NCBI GenBank assembly: GCA_964016885.1
Contig: OZ024748.1
Location: 558,001-622,000 of the forward strand
Source of the DNA: Eledone cirrhosa
Taxonomy: Eukaryota
Reading direction: 5' to 3'
Length of the DNA stretch: 64,000 bases
Under the pieces are notes generated by a model. That model saw only the letters and a program-made list of their open reading frames with translations, was not told where the DNA came from and made no database searches. Positions 1-12,266 of this stretch are shown here, piece after piece. Within the stretch, counting starts at the first letter, position 1, and every line of letters starts with the position of its first letter. The translations under genes and the position numbers were made by a program.

Positions 1-990
1 GGATCTACCAAGGGTAATTTCTCTCTCTCCCATTCGTTCTCCACATTCATCAGTCTCTCATAATGACATTTCCAGGCCTCCTTTTTCTGGTCATTCGTGA
101 CACTAAGTACACCGGCATCATCCCGGACACATTTATCACCAACAACATCCTGATTTGCATTGACACACTGCCTTGCAATGTGGAACACCGCACGCCTCTG
201 ATCTTCCCGTCGCAGAACATTGGCAAACCTCCTACTCTCTGCCTCCCTGCGTGCTAAGTACACCTGACGTCTAGCTTCTCTCTTAGTGGCTGTATATTCT
301 TCCCTACTCCCACCCTTATTCCAAGCCTTCCATGCTAGTCTTTTGTCTCTAATAGCCTTATCTACACTGCTGTTCCACCACCAGGTCACTCTCTGTCTGG
401 TTGGAGCTCTGCTCCAGCCACAGGTTTCATCAGTAGCCTTCAGCAAGTTGTCACGTAAGAACTTCCAGTTATTATCTATGTCATACGTCTCTAAATCGTC
501 TTCTTTTTCGTCATATACATCTTGAAGGGCTTTCCTAAATTTGAATTTTAGTGAAAGGTCTTTTAGCTTCCAGACCTTTCTTCTCGACACCTTCCTGTAT
601 GTCTCATTCCATCTCTTGCTTACTGAGATATCACTAACAACTAACCTATGCTGTGGGGTACATTCTTCCCCAGGGTATGCCTTGGTATTAGACACTATCT
701 GCCTGTCCCGCTGCCTAACTAGCAGGAAGTCAATCTGGCTTATGTGCTCACCAGATTTGTAGGTTATTAGGTGATTGGCAGGTTTCTGGAAGTTTGTGTT
801 GCAAATAGTCAATGTACTTGCATCACAAAATTCAAGAAGTCTCACTCCTTCTTCATTTCTTGAACCGTAACCGTGCCCACCATGTACCCCAGTGTAACCA
901 TCCTGGAGCTGTCCAACATGATCATTGAAGTCTCCTGCTAGCATAACGATGTCTCCGTCCTCTGTCATTGTGGTTGTTTGCAAAAGTTGC
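1..990 (-). mobile_element. RTE-clade LINE fragment (family A; endonuclease C-terminus/linker region), runs off window start
   Basis: Reverse complement closely matches ~28470-29440 of the near-full-length RTE copy; its antisense ORFs (63..257, 286..525) mirror 29184..29378 and 28916..29155. Confidence 0.9.
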
Positions 991-1083
991 TCATATAGAT
1001 ATATATAGATATATATATAGATATATATATATGTATATATATATATATAGATATATATATATGTATATATATATATATAGATA

Positions 1084-1120
<37 letters not shown>

Positions 1121-1443
1121 AGATATATATATATATGTATATGTATATATATATGTATAGATATATATATATATGTATATATATGTATAGATATATATAT
1201 ATATATGTATATATATGTATAGATATATATATATGTATATGTATATATATATGTATAGATATATATATATGTATATATATGTATAGATATATATATATGT
1301 ATATATATGTATAGATATATATATATGTATATATATGTATAGATATATATATATGTATAGATATAGATATGTATATATATATATGTATATATATGTATAG
1401 ATATATATATATGTATATATATGTATAGATATAGATATATATA

Positions 1444-2062
1444 GGGACGAGCTGATAAATTCCGACCTCACACACTTACACCTCACCAAGACAATGTCAC
1501 TGGACCGAGAGCTTTGGCGGTACTCAGTAATAGAGAAGACCCGCGTTACCTAAATACAAAGTAAAACCTACTACAGTCAGTAGGCATCTCTAACAAAATA
1601 CAACCCTGTCCCACCACCCCCACCCCATCCACACCGCCCCTTTCAATGTAAAGTTATGTTGGTGCCACAAAATCCAGGCCGAAACAAATGAGATCGTGTA
1701 GGTGTCACGACAAAAAAAAAAACACACAGTCCACGCTGTAATGTGACCGTGTAGGCAACACGGTAAAAACGTCCCAGTCCCACACTGTAAATGTGGTTGG
1801 TGTTAGGAAGGGCATCCAGCTGTAGAAAACCTGCCAGACAGTCCACGCTGTAATGTGGCCGTGTAGGCAACACGGTAAAAACCTCCCAGCCCCACACTGT
1901 AAATGTGGTTGGTGTTAGGAAGGGCATCCAACTGTAGAAAACCCGCCAGACAGTCCTATGCGAGCAAGACAACCACTCTTGCCTCAAGTGGGAAAACTCC
2001 CGTCCAAACCCATGCAAGCAAGGAACACGGACGTTAAACGATGATGATGATGATGATGATGA
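1444..2062 (+). mobile_element. 3' end of RTE LINE family B with (GAT)n tail
   Basis: Near-identical to ~60117-60596, the 3' end of the long RTE copy; ends GGACGTTAAACG(ATG)n. Confidence 0.85.
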
Positions 2063-2078
2063 TACAGATATATATATA

Positions 2079-2668
2079 TGGTGGCTGCCAACTCGTTTTC
2101 GAGTATGGCCACTACTTTATATCCATGTAGGAGAACTCCTACCGATGCGCTGAACGAGTGTGACTTTTTAGTCCAGCCAGCGACTTGAAAACTCTGGTAA
2201 AAACACTACACCTGTGACAATTATTGACACATAGTGCTGGGCCCATGTGATGACAAGTGCAGAGAGATCTCCAGATATAAAGCAATGCCTGTGCCGTGAA
2301 GCTTTTATAGTGAGCACAAAGCCAGTCCCACTCTCTTAACCAAGATGATATTTACCAAAAAGAAGAACAAGTCAACATCATTGGATACCATCAGAGTTGC
2401 AGGTGTTATATCAGAGTTTTCCTTCTCCTAAAATTCTCCCTTGACAAAGGATAAGGGGTCATCTCTCCCGGTGATTTTGGATGGCCATTGACTCTTAAGA
2501 GCTCCTTTGCCCTTTGACAGGTTTTGTTTTTAGTCCTGCAGGATGTCCAAAGTCACCCTCCTCACCAAGAAACCTTGGTGGGGTTGCCAGTTTAGTTGCC
2601 AACGACCCGACCATAAGACAGGTTGTACTGGGATACATGTTACCAGTAGTACCAACTGGTAACCTGAC

Positions 2669-2670
<2 letters not shown>
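2079..2670 (-). mobile_element. ~600-bp non-autonomous RTE-related element (family C)
   Basis: Reverse complement matches 60598-61200 end to end with the same termini; flanked by TA microsatellites. Confidence 0.8.
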
Positions 2671-2753
<83 letters not shown>

Positions 2754-2754
2754 C

Positions 2755-3722
2755 ATCATCATCATCATCATCATCACCGTTTTACGTCCGTTCTTCCACG
2801 CTAGCATGGGTTAGACGGGTTGTCCTGTTGTGTGCAGTGTCTGGTCGGCTGACCATGCCTTGCTCATACAGGAACTGATCTGGCTTGATTTCTACAGCTG
2901 GATGCCCTTCCTAACACCAACCTCATTTACAGTGAGTGCTGGGTGCTTTTTCGTGGCGCCTACACGTCCACTTTACAGTGTGGGCTGGGTGCTTTTTTGC
3001 CGTGGCACCTCCACGACCACCTTGCGGTGGGGGGTGTGGGGGCATATTGTTTATATGCTTCAGCATGTACCCATGGGAGGTCGGGTACTCTGTATTACTG
3101 CGTGACGCCAGAAGTCACGGTCGTGTGTCATTGTCTTTGAGAGGTGTAATTGGGTAAGGTCGGCTTTTATCACCTCATCCCAGGTTATCTTGGGTCTCCC
3201 CACTCCGCGGTTTCCATCAACTTCTAGTGCTCTGCACCTTTTTATGCAGCTGTCATCCTTCATACGCATCACATGTCCATACCAGCGCAACCGCCTCTCC
3301 TGCACACAGCATTTGATTCCTCTTATGCTCAGTCTCTCTCTCAATTCATTTATGCTTTGTCGTTCACATATATTACTGTTACACATCCATCGGAGCATGC
3401 AGGCTTCGTTTCTCTCTAATCTACGTAAGTCTTCCACCTTCAGCGCCCAGGTCTCACTACCTTGTAGCATTGCTGTTCGGATACACGCATCATACAGTCT
3501 GCCTTTCATTCTGAGGGAGAAGCCTTTTGCAGCTAGCAGTGGTAGTAGTTCCCTAAACTTCTTCCATCCCGTTCTTACCCTAGTTATTGTACTTTCTGAA
3601 CACCCACCTCTGTTGCTAATTCGGTCACCTAGGTAGCAGAAGCTGTCTACTGTTTCTACAGGGCCCTCCCAGAGATTGGTGGTACTTGTTTCCGGTGGCT
3701 GTTTGCTGCTTGCTGTTTCAGC
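2755..3722 (-). mobile_element. 5'-truncated RTE LINE (family D), RT C-terminal region and 3' UTR
   Basis: ORF 3060..3905 contains VDSFCYLGD...[14 protein letters not shown]...[12 protein letters not shown]...GRPKITW; (CAT)n tail at ~2755-2775. Confidence 0.9.
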
Positions 3723-3745
3723 ATATATATATATATATATACATT

Positions 3746-3795
<50 letters not shown>

Positions 3796-3928
3796 CATAT
3801 ATGTAGGAGGTGAGTTTTATTGTAGTACAATAAAGCAATGCAGATATCGGATAAGTAGCACTCTACAGTTTGTAGGACTGGAGTATAAATAATATATAAG
3901 ATCAAAAGATGGTTAAAAGAGTTCCATG

Positions 3929-3999
3929 TATTTTATTATGTGCATTTCAAAAACAAATATCATCATGCAATAACATTTGCGTTTTCGTCAGATAAAATA
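3929..3999 (-). ncRNA. Mirror-copy hammerhead ribozyme candidate
   Basis: Inverted copy of 4126-4196 with stem III A-TGCACA-T. Confidence 0.7.
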
Positions 4000-4125
4000 G
4001 GGAGACATGATATGAAGGTTAAAACACTCTTGTGAATAGTGCAGTTTTAAATCAACATATCATGATATGTTGATTTAAAACTGCACTATTCACAAGAGTG
4101 TTTTAACCTTCATATCATGTCTCCC

Positions 4126-4196
4126 TATTTTATCTGACGAAAACGCAAATGTTATTGCATGATGATATTTGTTTTTGAAATGCGCATAATAAAATA
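4126..4196 (+). ncRNA. Candidate minimal type-I hammerhead ribozyme
   Basis: Stem I TATTTTAT/ATAAAATA; core CTGACGA at 4134-4140; ~15-bp stem II at 4141-4176; GAAA; palindromic stem III A-TGCGCA-T; H=A at 4188. Confidence 0.75.
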
Positions 4197-4419
4197 CATG
4201 GAACTCTTTTAACCATCTTTTGATCTTATATATTATGCATACCTATATATATATACATATACATATATATATATGTATATGTATGTATATAATTTTTACC
4301 TGATTTACAGTTAAAAAGTTCTAGAATATTCTTTCATGTTTTCCTCTTTGTCCCTCCCTCCAATCTCTCTCTCTCTCTCTGTCTCTCTTTATTTTGGACA
4401 ATAGGTGTTTTCTTCTCCC

Positions 4420-4775
4420 TCCTGCTCTACTTCTCCCCTTTCTCCCTCACATATGTCTTCTCCTCCCCCTCTTCTCTCTCCCTCATGTCTTCTCCTCCTC
4501 TCCTCTCTCTCCCTCACATGTCTCCTCCTCCCCTTCCTCTCCCCTCACATGTCTCCTCCTCCTCTTCCTCTCTCTCCCTCACATGTCTCCTCCTCCACCT
4601 CCTCCCTCTCCCTCACATGTCACCCCTCCCCCTCTCTCTCCCTCACATGTCACCCCTCCTCTCCATCCCTCACATGTCTCTCCTCCCCCTCACCCTCACA
4701 CGTCTCCTCCCCTTCCTCTCTCTCCCTCACATGTCTCATCCTCCTCCCCTTCCTCACTCTCCCTCACATGTCTCC
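4420..4775. repeat. CT-rich minisatellite built on CTCCCTCACATGTC
   Basis: Motif recurs ~10 times with variable CCT spacers. Confidence 0.85.
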
Positions 4776-5386
4776 AATACACCACCTATCGATTTCTTGA
4801 CCTTCATAGAATAAACTGCTTCTAACAGAAATTTTCCTGTTTGAATTAAATATCTTCTGTGTCTGTGGGATTACTACACCATTTGACTCTCTCTCTCTCT
4901 CTCTCTCTCTCATCATTTTACGTCCACCTTTTCCTGCTTTGTTATATATATATATATATATAACGTACCGGGGTACTCGATACTTAGGGTAGTAGAGTTG
5001 GTAACAGGATCAGTTTGGGTCTAGCTGTCGAAACAGCTGGAGCTCAGCTGTCAGGGTCCTGACTCTTTATATATATATATATATGTATAAGAGGAGAGGA
5101 TAAATATCCCCTAACTCCTTGTGGAGTCGTAGAGGCACTGTCATACGGTGTGTCTAGGGCACATTTAAACTTGGCGGAGCCCAACCCAGTAAATACGAAG
5201 GACACAGAACTCCATGGCCATTGAGATGGACTTTGGCAGTTTTGACCCCTACCAACGGTACTACTGGTCCTCTCAGGAAACAGCGTCTGACATAAGCCAA
5301 ACGCTGTCCAGTGGAGTAAGAGACATTAATTTATAGCCATTAAGCTAATAACACATATAATTGTATGTATGTATATATGTGTATGC

Positions 5387-5439
<53 letters not shown>

Positions 5440-5617
5440 TCCCATGTTCAATCGGGGGTTACCACAGTAAATAAGGTACTCAATACATTAGTAGAGTGTA
5501 TACAAAAAATTTAATATAGAAATAATGATTTCCTTCAAATGTTAATAACAGTTGTAGTCCTGTAGAAGCCATTTCTGTATTAATTTTTGTTATATATATA
5601 TCTATCTATCTATTCTA

Positions 5618-5806
5618 AGGCGGGTAAAATTCCCGAGATCCATGGACGAGTTCTCTCCAGTGGTCTCTGTCCCTCATTATCGCTGCCATGTCCTGCATCT
5701 CCAACAGACCAGTGTCTGTCCTTAGGGCATCAACATACGTTAACCTTGGTCTTCCTCTTCTAGTGTACATGGACATACTAGAAGAGGAAGACCAAGGTTA
5801 ACGTAT
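5618..5806 (-). mobile_element. Short RTE 3' fragment with an inverted duplication at its 5' end
   Basis: Minus strand reads [40 protein letters not shown]; 5735-5806 forms a hairpin with ~30-bp arms. Confidence 0.7.
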
Positions 5807-5917
5807 ATATATATAAATATATATATATATATAAACATGTATATGTGTGTGTATATATATATATGTATATATGTATGTGTGTGTATATATATATATGTAT
5901 ATATGTATATGTGTGTG

Positions 5918-5948
<31 letters not shown>

Positions 5949-5989
5949 ATATATGTGTATATATATATATATGTGTCAATATATGTGTG

Positions 5990-6020
<31 letters not shown>

Positions 6021-6205
6021 ATATATGTGTATATATATATATATGTGTGTGTGTATATATGTGTGTATATATATATGTGTGTATATAATTGTATATATAT
6101 ATTTATATATATATATATATGTGTGTGTGTATATATATATATTTATATATATATATATGTGTGTGTATATATATATATATTTATATATATATATATGTGT
6201 GTGTG

Positions 6206-6236
<31 letters not shown>

Positions 6237-6311
6237 GTGTGTGTGTATATATATATATATTTATATAAATATGTGTGTGTATATATATATATTTATATAT
6301 ATATGTGTGTG

Positions 6312-6342
<31 letters not shown>

Positions 6343-6343
6343 A

Positions 6344-6390
<47 letters not shown>

Positions 6391-6577
6391 CAAGATTCAG
6401 CATCCCAATGGCTGAACTCCAACCGTTTCAACAGATAGATCGAAACTAAGGCTTGTATTTATGGGTTCCTGAATCTTTTCATATTACCCACTCTACTACC
6501 CCAAGTATTGAGTACTCTGGTGCGTAATTGTCTCGCTGGTTTTTACCACATCCTATCTGATATATATATATATATAT

Positions 6578-6780
6578 TGGTTTCTTAGGCCAGCAATTTT
6601 GCAGAGGGAAAAGTTGATTAAATCGATCCCTAGTGCGTCACTGGTACTTTATTTTATCAACCCCGTAAGGATGAAAGGCAAAGTTAACCTCGGCGGGATT
6701 TGAACTCAGATCATAAAGGGCCATAACTCTATGCTGTGAAGCATGTCCGACGCTCTACCGACACTGCCAATCCACCGCCC
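6578..6780 (-). mobile_element. tRNA-derived CORE-type SINE
   Basis: A-box-like TGGCAGTGTCGGTAG, B-box GAGTTCAAATCC and central TTTGCCTTTCATCCTTACGGGG; many copies in the window. Confidence 0.8.
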
Positions 6781-6839
6781 TTTATATATATATATATTAT
6801 TACATGAATTCTGATGGATACTATATTTATATATTGCAG

Positions 6840-6960
6840 AAATAAATAATGAAACATTTTATCAATACCGATACCGTTTCTCCATGCCTGGGACCAGTTG
6901 GCCAATGAAGACTGATAAACTGTGGTACAGTTTTGATATTGGACCAATACACTTTATTAG
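6840..6960 (+). CDS. ACP7: Acid phosphatase type 7-like, internal exon
   Basis: TTGCAG acceptor, GT donor; (E)INNETFYQYRYRFSMPGTSWPMKTDKLWYSFDIGPIHFI(S), matching the ACP7 RFSMP...LWYSWDLGPAHIIS segment that follows the GNHE motif. Confidence 0.88.
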
Positions 6961-7757
6961 GTCTGAAACATTTTGAAAAAAATCAATAAATTCATCTTGA
7001 TTTCTCTTTGGTTTTATGTATGTGTGTGTGTGTGTCATATTGGTGGTGGTTTTGTTGTAGTTTTTTAAACTGTTGTAAGATCTCAGAATGAATTAATGTC
7101 AGTTAAAAGTATATTTGTAGTATAAAGATTTCATATCAATGGGCTACAGGCTCCGTCTACACACACATATGCACGTGTGCACACCCACACACACCATCAT
7201 CATCATCATCATTTAATGTCTGTTTTTCCACGTTAGCATGGAGTTGTCCTGTTGTGGGCAATGTTAAGTCAGGTGACCATGCCTTGCTCATACACAACTG
7301 CTTTTGGCTTGGTTTCTACAGCTGGATGCCCTTCCTAATGCCAACTACATTTACAATATATATATACTATGTTTGTAAAATGTAAACAGAAATAACAAAA
7401 CAATGGCACAGTACATGGAAGAAATATATTAGTTTAATGCTTGAAATAACAAGAAGAGAGTCTTAACATTTTGGACACTAGTCCTTCATCAGAAGATAGA
7501 GTTAGAAATAGAAGATAAATAGAAAGTAAAGAGTGATGAGAGGAAGGAATGAGGGAAAAATGAGTAAAAAAAAGCCCCCAGTCCACACTGTAAATATTGT
7601 TGGCATTAGGAAAGGCATTCAGCTGTTGAAATCAAGCCAGAAACAGTTCTGTATGATCAAGACATGGTCATCTGATCTGACTTGTCTCACAATAGCATAA
7701 CTCATCTAACCCATTCTAGCGTGGAAAAATGGACGTTAAATGGTAGTGATGATGATA

Positions 7758-7820
<63 letters not shown>

Positions 7821-7959
7821 ATGTATGTTAGTTAAGTGTGTAACTAGTGTTACAAACAATGCTCTCTTTGAAGCTGATTGTATTTGAAACGATTGTAATA
7901 TGTCAATAAAGTTTATATATATATGCTGCAACAATGACTTTGATCCTGTAACTTTATAA

Positions 7960-8060
7960 ACAGTGTCCCAGAAAAATGTATACACACTTCAAAGCATTCT
8001 AATAAATATTTCCTGTACAGGTCATCAAAGTGTGTAAACATTTTTTGGGGACACACTGTA
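7960..8060. mobile_element. ~100-bp Tc1/mariner-type MITE
   Basis: Imperfect TIRs CAGTGTCCCAGAAAAATGT / ACATTTTTTGGGGACACACTG followed by TA; second copy at 8987-9082 in opposite orientation. Confidence 0.65.
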
Positions 8061-8269
8061 TATTTATTCATGTAAGAAAACCTGCCAGACAGTCCTATAC
8101 GAGCGAGACACAGTCACCAGACCAATCTTGCCTCAAGTGGGACAACTCCCGTCTAACCCATGCTAGCGTGGAAGATGGACGTTAAATCATGATGATGAAG
8201 CTAGAATACAAAAATATGGAATTGAATTTGAAGTTAAATATATATAATTTTTTTCTCTTTCCTTTTTAG

Positions 8270-8467
8270 TTATTCCACAGAGGTATTTTTTGTAGCGAAT
8301 GGCAAATATATCGCTGCTCAGTCTGCCTGGCTGATAGATGACCTGGACAAAGCAAATAAACAGAGACACGAGCGTCCATGGATTATCGCCCTTGGTCACC
8401 GTCCTATGTATTGTTCCAACAGTGATAATGATGATTGTACTTATGAAAAATCCATAGTTAGAGAGCA
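8270..8467 (+). CDS. ACP7: Acid phosphatase type 7-like, internal exon
   Basis: TTTTAG acceptor, GTAATT donor; YSTEVFFVANGKYIAAQSAWLIDDLDKANKQRHERPWIIALGHRPMYCSNSDNDDCTYEKSIVRE contains the ACP7 signature RPWII.GHRPMYCSN.DDC; phases match both neighbours. Confidence 0.93.
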
Positions 8468-8579
8468 GTAATTATCACCTATACTTTTTCCTTTCTTTCT
8501 TGTGAGTGTGTGTGTACATATGTAATGCATGTGGAGGTATGTGTATATATGGATGTGTGTGTGTGTGTGTGTGTGTGTC

Positions 8580-8629
<50 letters not shown>

Positions 8630-8986
8630 ACACTGTAAACGTGGTTGGTGTTAGGAAGGGCATCCAGCCGTAGAAAACCTGCCAGACAGTCCTATACGAG
8701 CGAGACATGGTCACCCGACTAATCTTGCCGCACGTAGGACAAATTCCCATCTAAACCCATGCTAGTGTGGAAGATAGACGTTAAACGTTGATGATCATGA
8801 TGATGATATATATAAATATGATTTCAGCAAGATCGTATTTCGGCGGTGGCCAAAACAAAACAAAACGCAATTTTCAAGATATGCCAGCAAGCGCTCAATG
8901 GACTAAGAAGAAACCAGAGCAATTAACATGTGTTATAAAGGCCAGATAAAATGAAAACAGTGGACGTGAAGCCATATATATATGGA

Positions 8987-9082
8987 AGGGGCCCAAAAAT
9001 GTTTACACACTTCAATTATCTGTACAGGCAATATTTATTAGAATGCTGTTGAAGTATGTATACATTTTTTGGACACCCTGTA
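8987..9082. mobile_element. Tc1/mariner-type MITE, second copy
   Basis: Internal sequence is a diverged reverse complement of 7960-8060; ends GGACACCCTG-TA. Confidence 0.6.
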
Positions 9083-10468
9083 TATATGTATGTATTGATA
9101 CATACATATATAAATATATGTATATATATATATATATATATGTGCGTAGTTGATGGCTGAGAGAAAAGAATACTCAATACCGAAGTAGCATTTAGGTATT
9201 CATTTTATTAAGGCTAAAAAGTGAGTCTTGATACTCTGGAGTTTCACCTGTTTATCACTGGGTTGTTTGATGACCCTGTTATAAACACACGCTATCTATT
9301 ATTACAGTTGATACATATATATATCAGGATGGAACTGCTTAAACCATTACTTAACAGAGTACTCAATACTTGGGGTAGTAGAGTATGGTTATATTATAAA
9401 GAGTCAGGACCCGACGGCTGAGCTCTTGCCGTTTCAGCGGCTAGTTTCAGATTATATATATTATAAATACCACTAGGATTGAACGCCCATCTCTATCTCC
9501 GTTTGGTTGTCAAAATAGATATTAACATTCTCTATTAGTCTTAATTCTATCAACTCTTCTATTATTTACCATTTAATATAAACTGCTATAGATAAAATGA
9601 GATTTCTGATTTCTTAATTCAATTCCCTAATGCACATACCAGCTGGCTACTAGCATTGATGTTATTCAGTAGCAATCGAAATCTCCCCCTTCCCCAATTG
9701 ACACTTTATAATTAATACTACTACACCAAATGACCAGCCCTGTCCACTGTCCAATTGGTCAAGTAGAGATTAAAATTGGCACTCGCAAAAATTCTTATTT
9801 AGATAAAATGAACCATTTACTCATGGTATTCTCATTAGAAACCCTTTATATACTTGTTTAGCAGTAAATTGAATTACCATCTGTCATATACTATCCCCTC
9901 TCTTCTTCCTCTATTACTAATATAAATACTTCAATTTTTCTGATTTTATCCAATTTATCCAAAATCTCTGAAGAAGTGACAACTGATTATACATTTGCTA
10001 TCGAATACTTGCTAACATTATATGATTACGCAAGCAGCGATACATAGGTATTCCGTCTGTTACAGAAACATATGTCAATACCTAATAAATTCCTTTTTAA
10101 AAAAAGCACTTTCATTTTATATTCATCTTTTCTATATATATATATATATATATAGTTGTGTGTGCAAAGGTATATATAAATATATATACAATATATAGAG
10201 GGGAAAGACACAGGAGAGTGTGTTTTTCATTACAGGAATTTAGAACCACCAGCGTGAGAAGAATATAAGCTACTAGAGGCATTGGTAAAACATTAAAATT
10301 AAAAGTATAAATTGAAATGAAAAACTATCCTCACCTAAATCACACATGTACACACTCACCAGGAGCATGTTTCACCATTTTAGAGGGTTCCAATACGGCC
10401 CGGTGGGTCATCAGCATGTGGAAGGCCAATATTGTCCGCACTACTAGAGAGAGAATATATATATATAT

Positions 10469-10499
<31 letters not shown>

Positions 10500-10520
10500 A
10501 ATTTATCATTTTATATCAGA

Positions 10521-10736
10521 TTAACCCTTTAACATTTAAACCGGCCATATCTGGCCAGAATTCTCTCGCCTCTTTCTCTTCAAACCGGCTGTAACTGGCC
10601 ACTCATACTGATGTTAAGGTATTGTTCTCAAAATAAATAATGCAAAAATCTCATAGATTCGATATTATGTGAGGTAAAGACTTTACTGTGAAAATATAAT
10701 AGTAAATATAGAGTAATGTAAATGTTAAAGGGTTAA
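10521..10736. mobile_element. piggyBac-type MITE
   Basis: TTAA-CCCTTTAACATTT ... AAATGTTAAAGGG-TTAA; multiple copies in window. Confidence 0.8.
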
Positions 10737-10779
10737 AGAAGAAAAAAATTGATATTTTTTGCAAATTTTCTTTTTCCAG

Positions 10780-10973
10780 ACTAGAAAATATATTCTACAT
10801 TGCTGGAATCGATGTAATTTTTGGGGCTCATGAACATTCTTATGAAAGATTGTATCCTGTTTATAATGGGAATGTTGTAAGTGAGAACTATACCGATGTT
10901 TCAGCACCTATCCATATTGTAACTGGAGCTGCTGGTAATAAATGGGGACCCGATCCCATGGACAAGCAATCAG
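10780..10973 (+). CDS. ACP7: Acid phosphatase type 7-like, internal exon
   Basis: TTCCAG acceptor, GTAGGT donor; LENIFYIAGIDVIFGAHEHSYERLYPVYN...APIHIVTGAAGNKWGPDPMDKQS with the metal-binding AHEHSYER motif. Confidence 0.93.
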
Positions 10974-11286
10974 GTAGGTTGAAAAAGTGGCTTGCATTTT
11001 TTGTTATTTAAGAAAAAATTTAGATTATGTTAACAATCTTTTCTTTAAAAAATATATTCTTGTATTATTTTATTGGTTTTCAGCCATTTGACTAGGGCCA
11101 TGCTGGGGCACTGCTGTGTTGTGAATCATGTTGACCATTGTAATTATTTTTTAAACTTAATGTACCAACATAAACAGACTCAACTATACACAATAAATAT
11201 AGTACCAGTAATGCACTGAGGGTAGATCTAATCAACTTTCTTCTTCCTCTTTTAATTGCTTGTTTTGTACTAAATTTGTGTAAGAA

Positions 11287-11490
11287 GGGCGGTGGATTGA
11301 CAGTATTGGCTGAGAGTGTTGGACAACCTGTTTTGCGGCATATAGATATGTCCCTTTACGTACTAGTTCAAGATTAGCTTTGCCTTTCACCCTTACAGGG
11401 TCGATAAAATAAAATACCAGCAACACACTGGGGTCGATTTAATCGACTTTCCTCTCCCCCAAAATTGCTGGCCTTGTGCCTATAGTAGAA
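11287..11490 (+). mobile_element. tRNA-derived CORE-type SINE
   Basis: Same family as 6578-6780. Confidence 0.75.
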
Positions 11491-11756
11491 ATCATCATTA
11501 TTATTATAATATATATATATGTATATATATATATATACATATATAAATCTCCAGCAAGGATTGAAACCTTGCCATCGATGCATAGATTCCCTTACTATGC
11601 ATAGTTACACTAGTAACTTACTACAGGACCACCAAGTGGTATACATACATATATATATATATACACATATATATATATACACACACATATATATATACAT
11701 ACATACACATACATATATACATATATACACATACATACATATATATACATACACAC

Positions 11757-11823
<67 letters not shown>

Positions 11824-11950
11824 CATATACTAAGAGTGAGAAATGAAATTTTATTTTTTCCATTTATTGTTTTAGGTACGCCCAGCCGACTAACTCACTC
11901 TAAAGAAAGTATATACTTTCAAACGTTCAATTGACTGACAGGAAGGTATA

Positions 11951-11991
11951 CGGTGCTGATGACAGCTAATAAGCTAGAAACTAGTTCATCG
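11951..11991 (+). ncRNA. Candidate minimal hammerhead ribozyme in a 368-bp direct-repeat-bounded unit
   Basis: Stem I CGGTG/CATCG (extendable); CTGATGA; stem II AGCT-AATA-AGCT with a C.A mismatch at its base; GAAA; stem III within the AACTAGTT palindrome; H=U. Confidence 0.6.
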
Positions 11992-12228
11992 TTCCTTTGT
12001 CAGTGTTGAACAAATAGGGCAGCGATGGTTCCCGAACACTGTACGGCTAATAATTCGGGCTGTTTGTTTACAAACAAACCGAGCATTATAATAAATGTTC
12101 GGTAAACCCGTACGTACATATATATATATGTGTGCATGTATGTATATACATACTACTGTACGTCTGTATTCATACTTATATTTAAGTATCAGCCGAACTA
12201 AGAGTGAGAAATGAAATTATATTTTTCC

Positions 12229-12266
<38 letters not shown>

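Larger units (their letters stand above)
3889..4236. repeat. 348-bp spacerless palindrome (foldback element) with a hammerhead motif in each arm
   Basis: Arms are reverse complements about the 4062/4063 centre (ATATCA|TGATAT); I saw one mismatch (ATGTGCAT vs ATGCGCAT). Confidence 0.95.

Noticed and set aside
965-1489. YI/CV/TH-rich ORFs here and at ~5840-6450, 11500-11860, 26500-27280, 44830-45450, 46930-47780, 51450-52080, 53760-54430 and 57500-57800
   Set aside because: Translations of (TA)n/(CA)n microsatellites.
1-2670. Segmental duplication with 58172-63182 (same three element families)
   Set aside because: Order, orientation and truncation points differ and no unique flanking sequence is shared.
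7460-7495. Minus-strand CTGATGAAGGACTAGTGTCCAAAATGTTAAGA
   Set aside because: Probably a decayed hammerhead (GAAAC changed to AAAAT); the core is broken, so it is not listed as a feature.
10360-10420. Minus-strand CTGATGA...GAAACATG
   Set aside because: Stems I and III do not close convincingly.
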